A DNA stretch of 33,738 nt, taken from contig JAUCBJ010002376.1 in assembly GCA_032718475.1 (NCBI GenBank), forward strand, positions 1 through 33,738, read 5' to 3'. Positions within the stretch are counted from its first letter, which is position 1; the number at the start of each line of letters is the position of its first letter. Below are positions 33,201 to 33,738 of the stretch, one piece after another. This DNA is from Nemertoderma westbladi. Lineage: Eukaryota > Animalia > Xenacoelomorpha. Below the pieces are notes generated by a model. It saw only the letters and a list, made by a program, of their open reading frames with translations, was not told the origin of the DNA and did no database searches. Made by a program: the position numbers and the translations under genes.

Positions 33201-33738
33201 CAACGGGATTAAACCCGGAAGTCGCGGAATACATACCGGCGGGTAGGCCAGAAGCTGATAGGCCTATACCGGTACCAGCACAGCAGTATGACTACAGCAT
33301 GCAGGGACATAACATATACCCAGGGGAGGGGGGAATTATTGCGGATAGGTGTATGGGCCCCAACATATTAACATCAACCCCAGTACCAAACATACCGGTG
33401 GGGGGGGGGGACAGGGTGACATTCCCCCATCACAATATCAACAATACACCCCGATAGGAGCAAGAACAACGAGACCCTTGGATGAGAATAAGTCGTGTGA
33501 CACAGAAATATGGAGGGGGCCGCTACCCCCGATGACATACCCAAGTCAGAGAAGATCGAGAAATAGGACGGACGAACCGCACCAGACAGGAGAAACTATA
33601 CAGCACCCGTCGAATCCATTGGAAGCGCAGGCGATAGGGATGGCCACGTTGATCGATGCGTTGAAAACGAGGATCGAGTTACCACCCGTGGAACCATTCA
33701 AATTCGATGGGAGTAGGCCGGAAGAATATCTACAGTTT
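30284..33738 (+). mobile_element. BEL/Pao-like gag(-pol) 5' region, broken by four frameshifts, running off the right edge
   Basis: Consecutive ORFs in frames +2,+3,+1,+2,+1; E/R coiled-coil region; ends IELPPVEPFKFDGSRPEEYLQF, matching the LP..EP..FDG.P..Y..F start of the BEL/Pao gag DUF1759-type domain. Confidence 0.78.

Noticed and set aside
30258-33234. Multiple minus-strand ORFs over gag
   Set aside because: Antisense shadows of a GC- and purine-rich repetitive ORF

Overview
AT-rich, repeat-dense animal (probably invertebrate) nuclear DNA, not prokaryotic. A spliced minus-strand gene encoding Sushi/CCP domains, missed by the ORF track, runs from at least ~15.9 kb off the left edge. Its inferred introns are mostly 29-400 nt, except one 13.6-kb intron (659-14277) that splits a single Sushi domain. 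That intron holds a SINE, a decayed RTE-type LINE cut by a hAT MITE, an intact antisense intronless R1R2R3 Myb-like gene, a foldback element and a 3.5-kb 50/52-bp satellite. Further right lie an intronless H-type ferritin, several MITEs, an intronless and strongly divergent SLC6 transporter, and a Helentron/DINE-like repeat with CTCF-like motifs. The window ends in the 5' LTR and a very long frameshifted gag of a BEL/Pao-like retrotransposon. This element has no TGG tRNA primer site. The bases right after its LTR are instead complementary to a 9-mer inside the LTR, next to a U5 hairpin, which suggests Tf1-like self-priming. All calls come from reading the sequence by eye; no searches were run.
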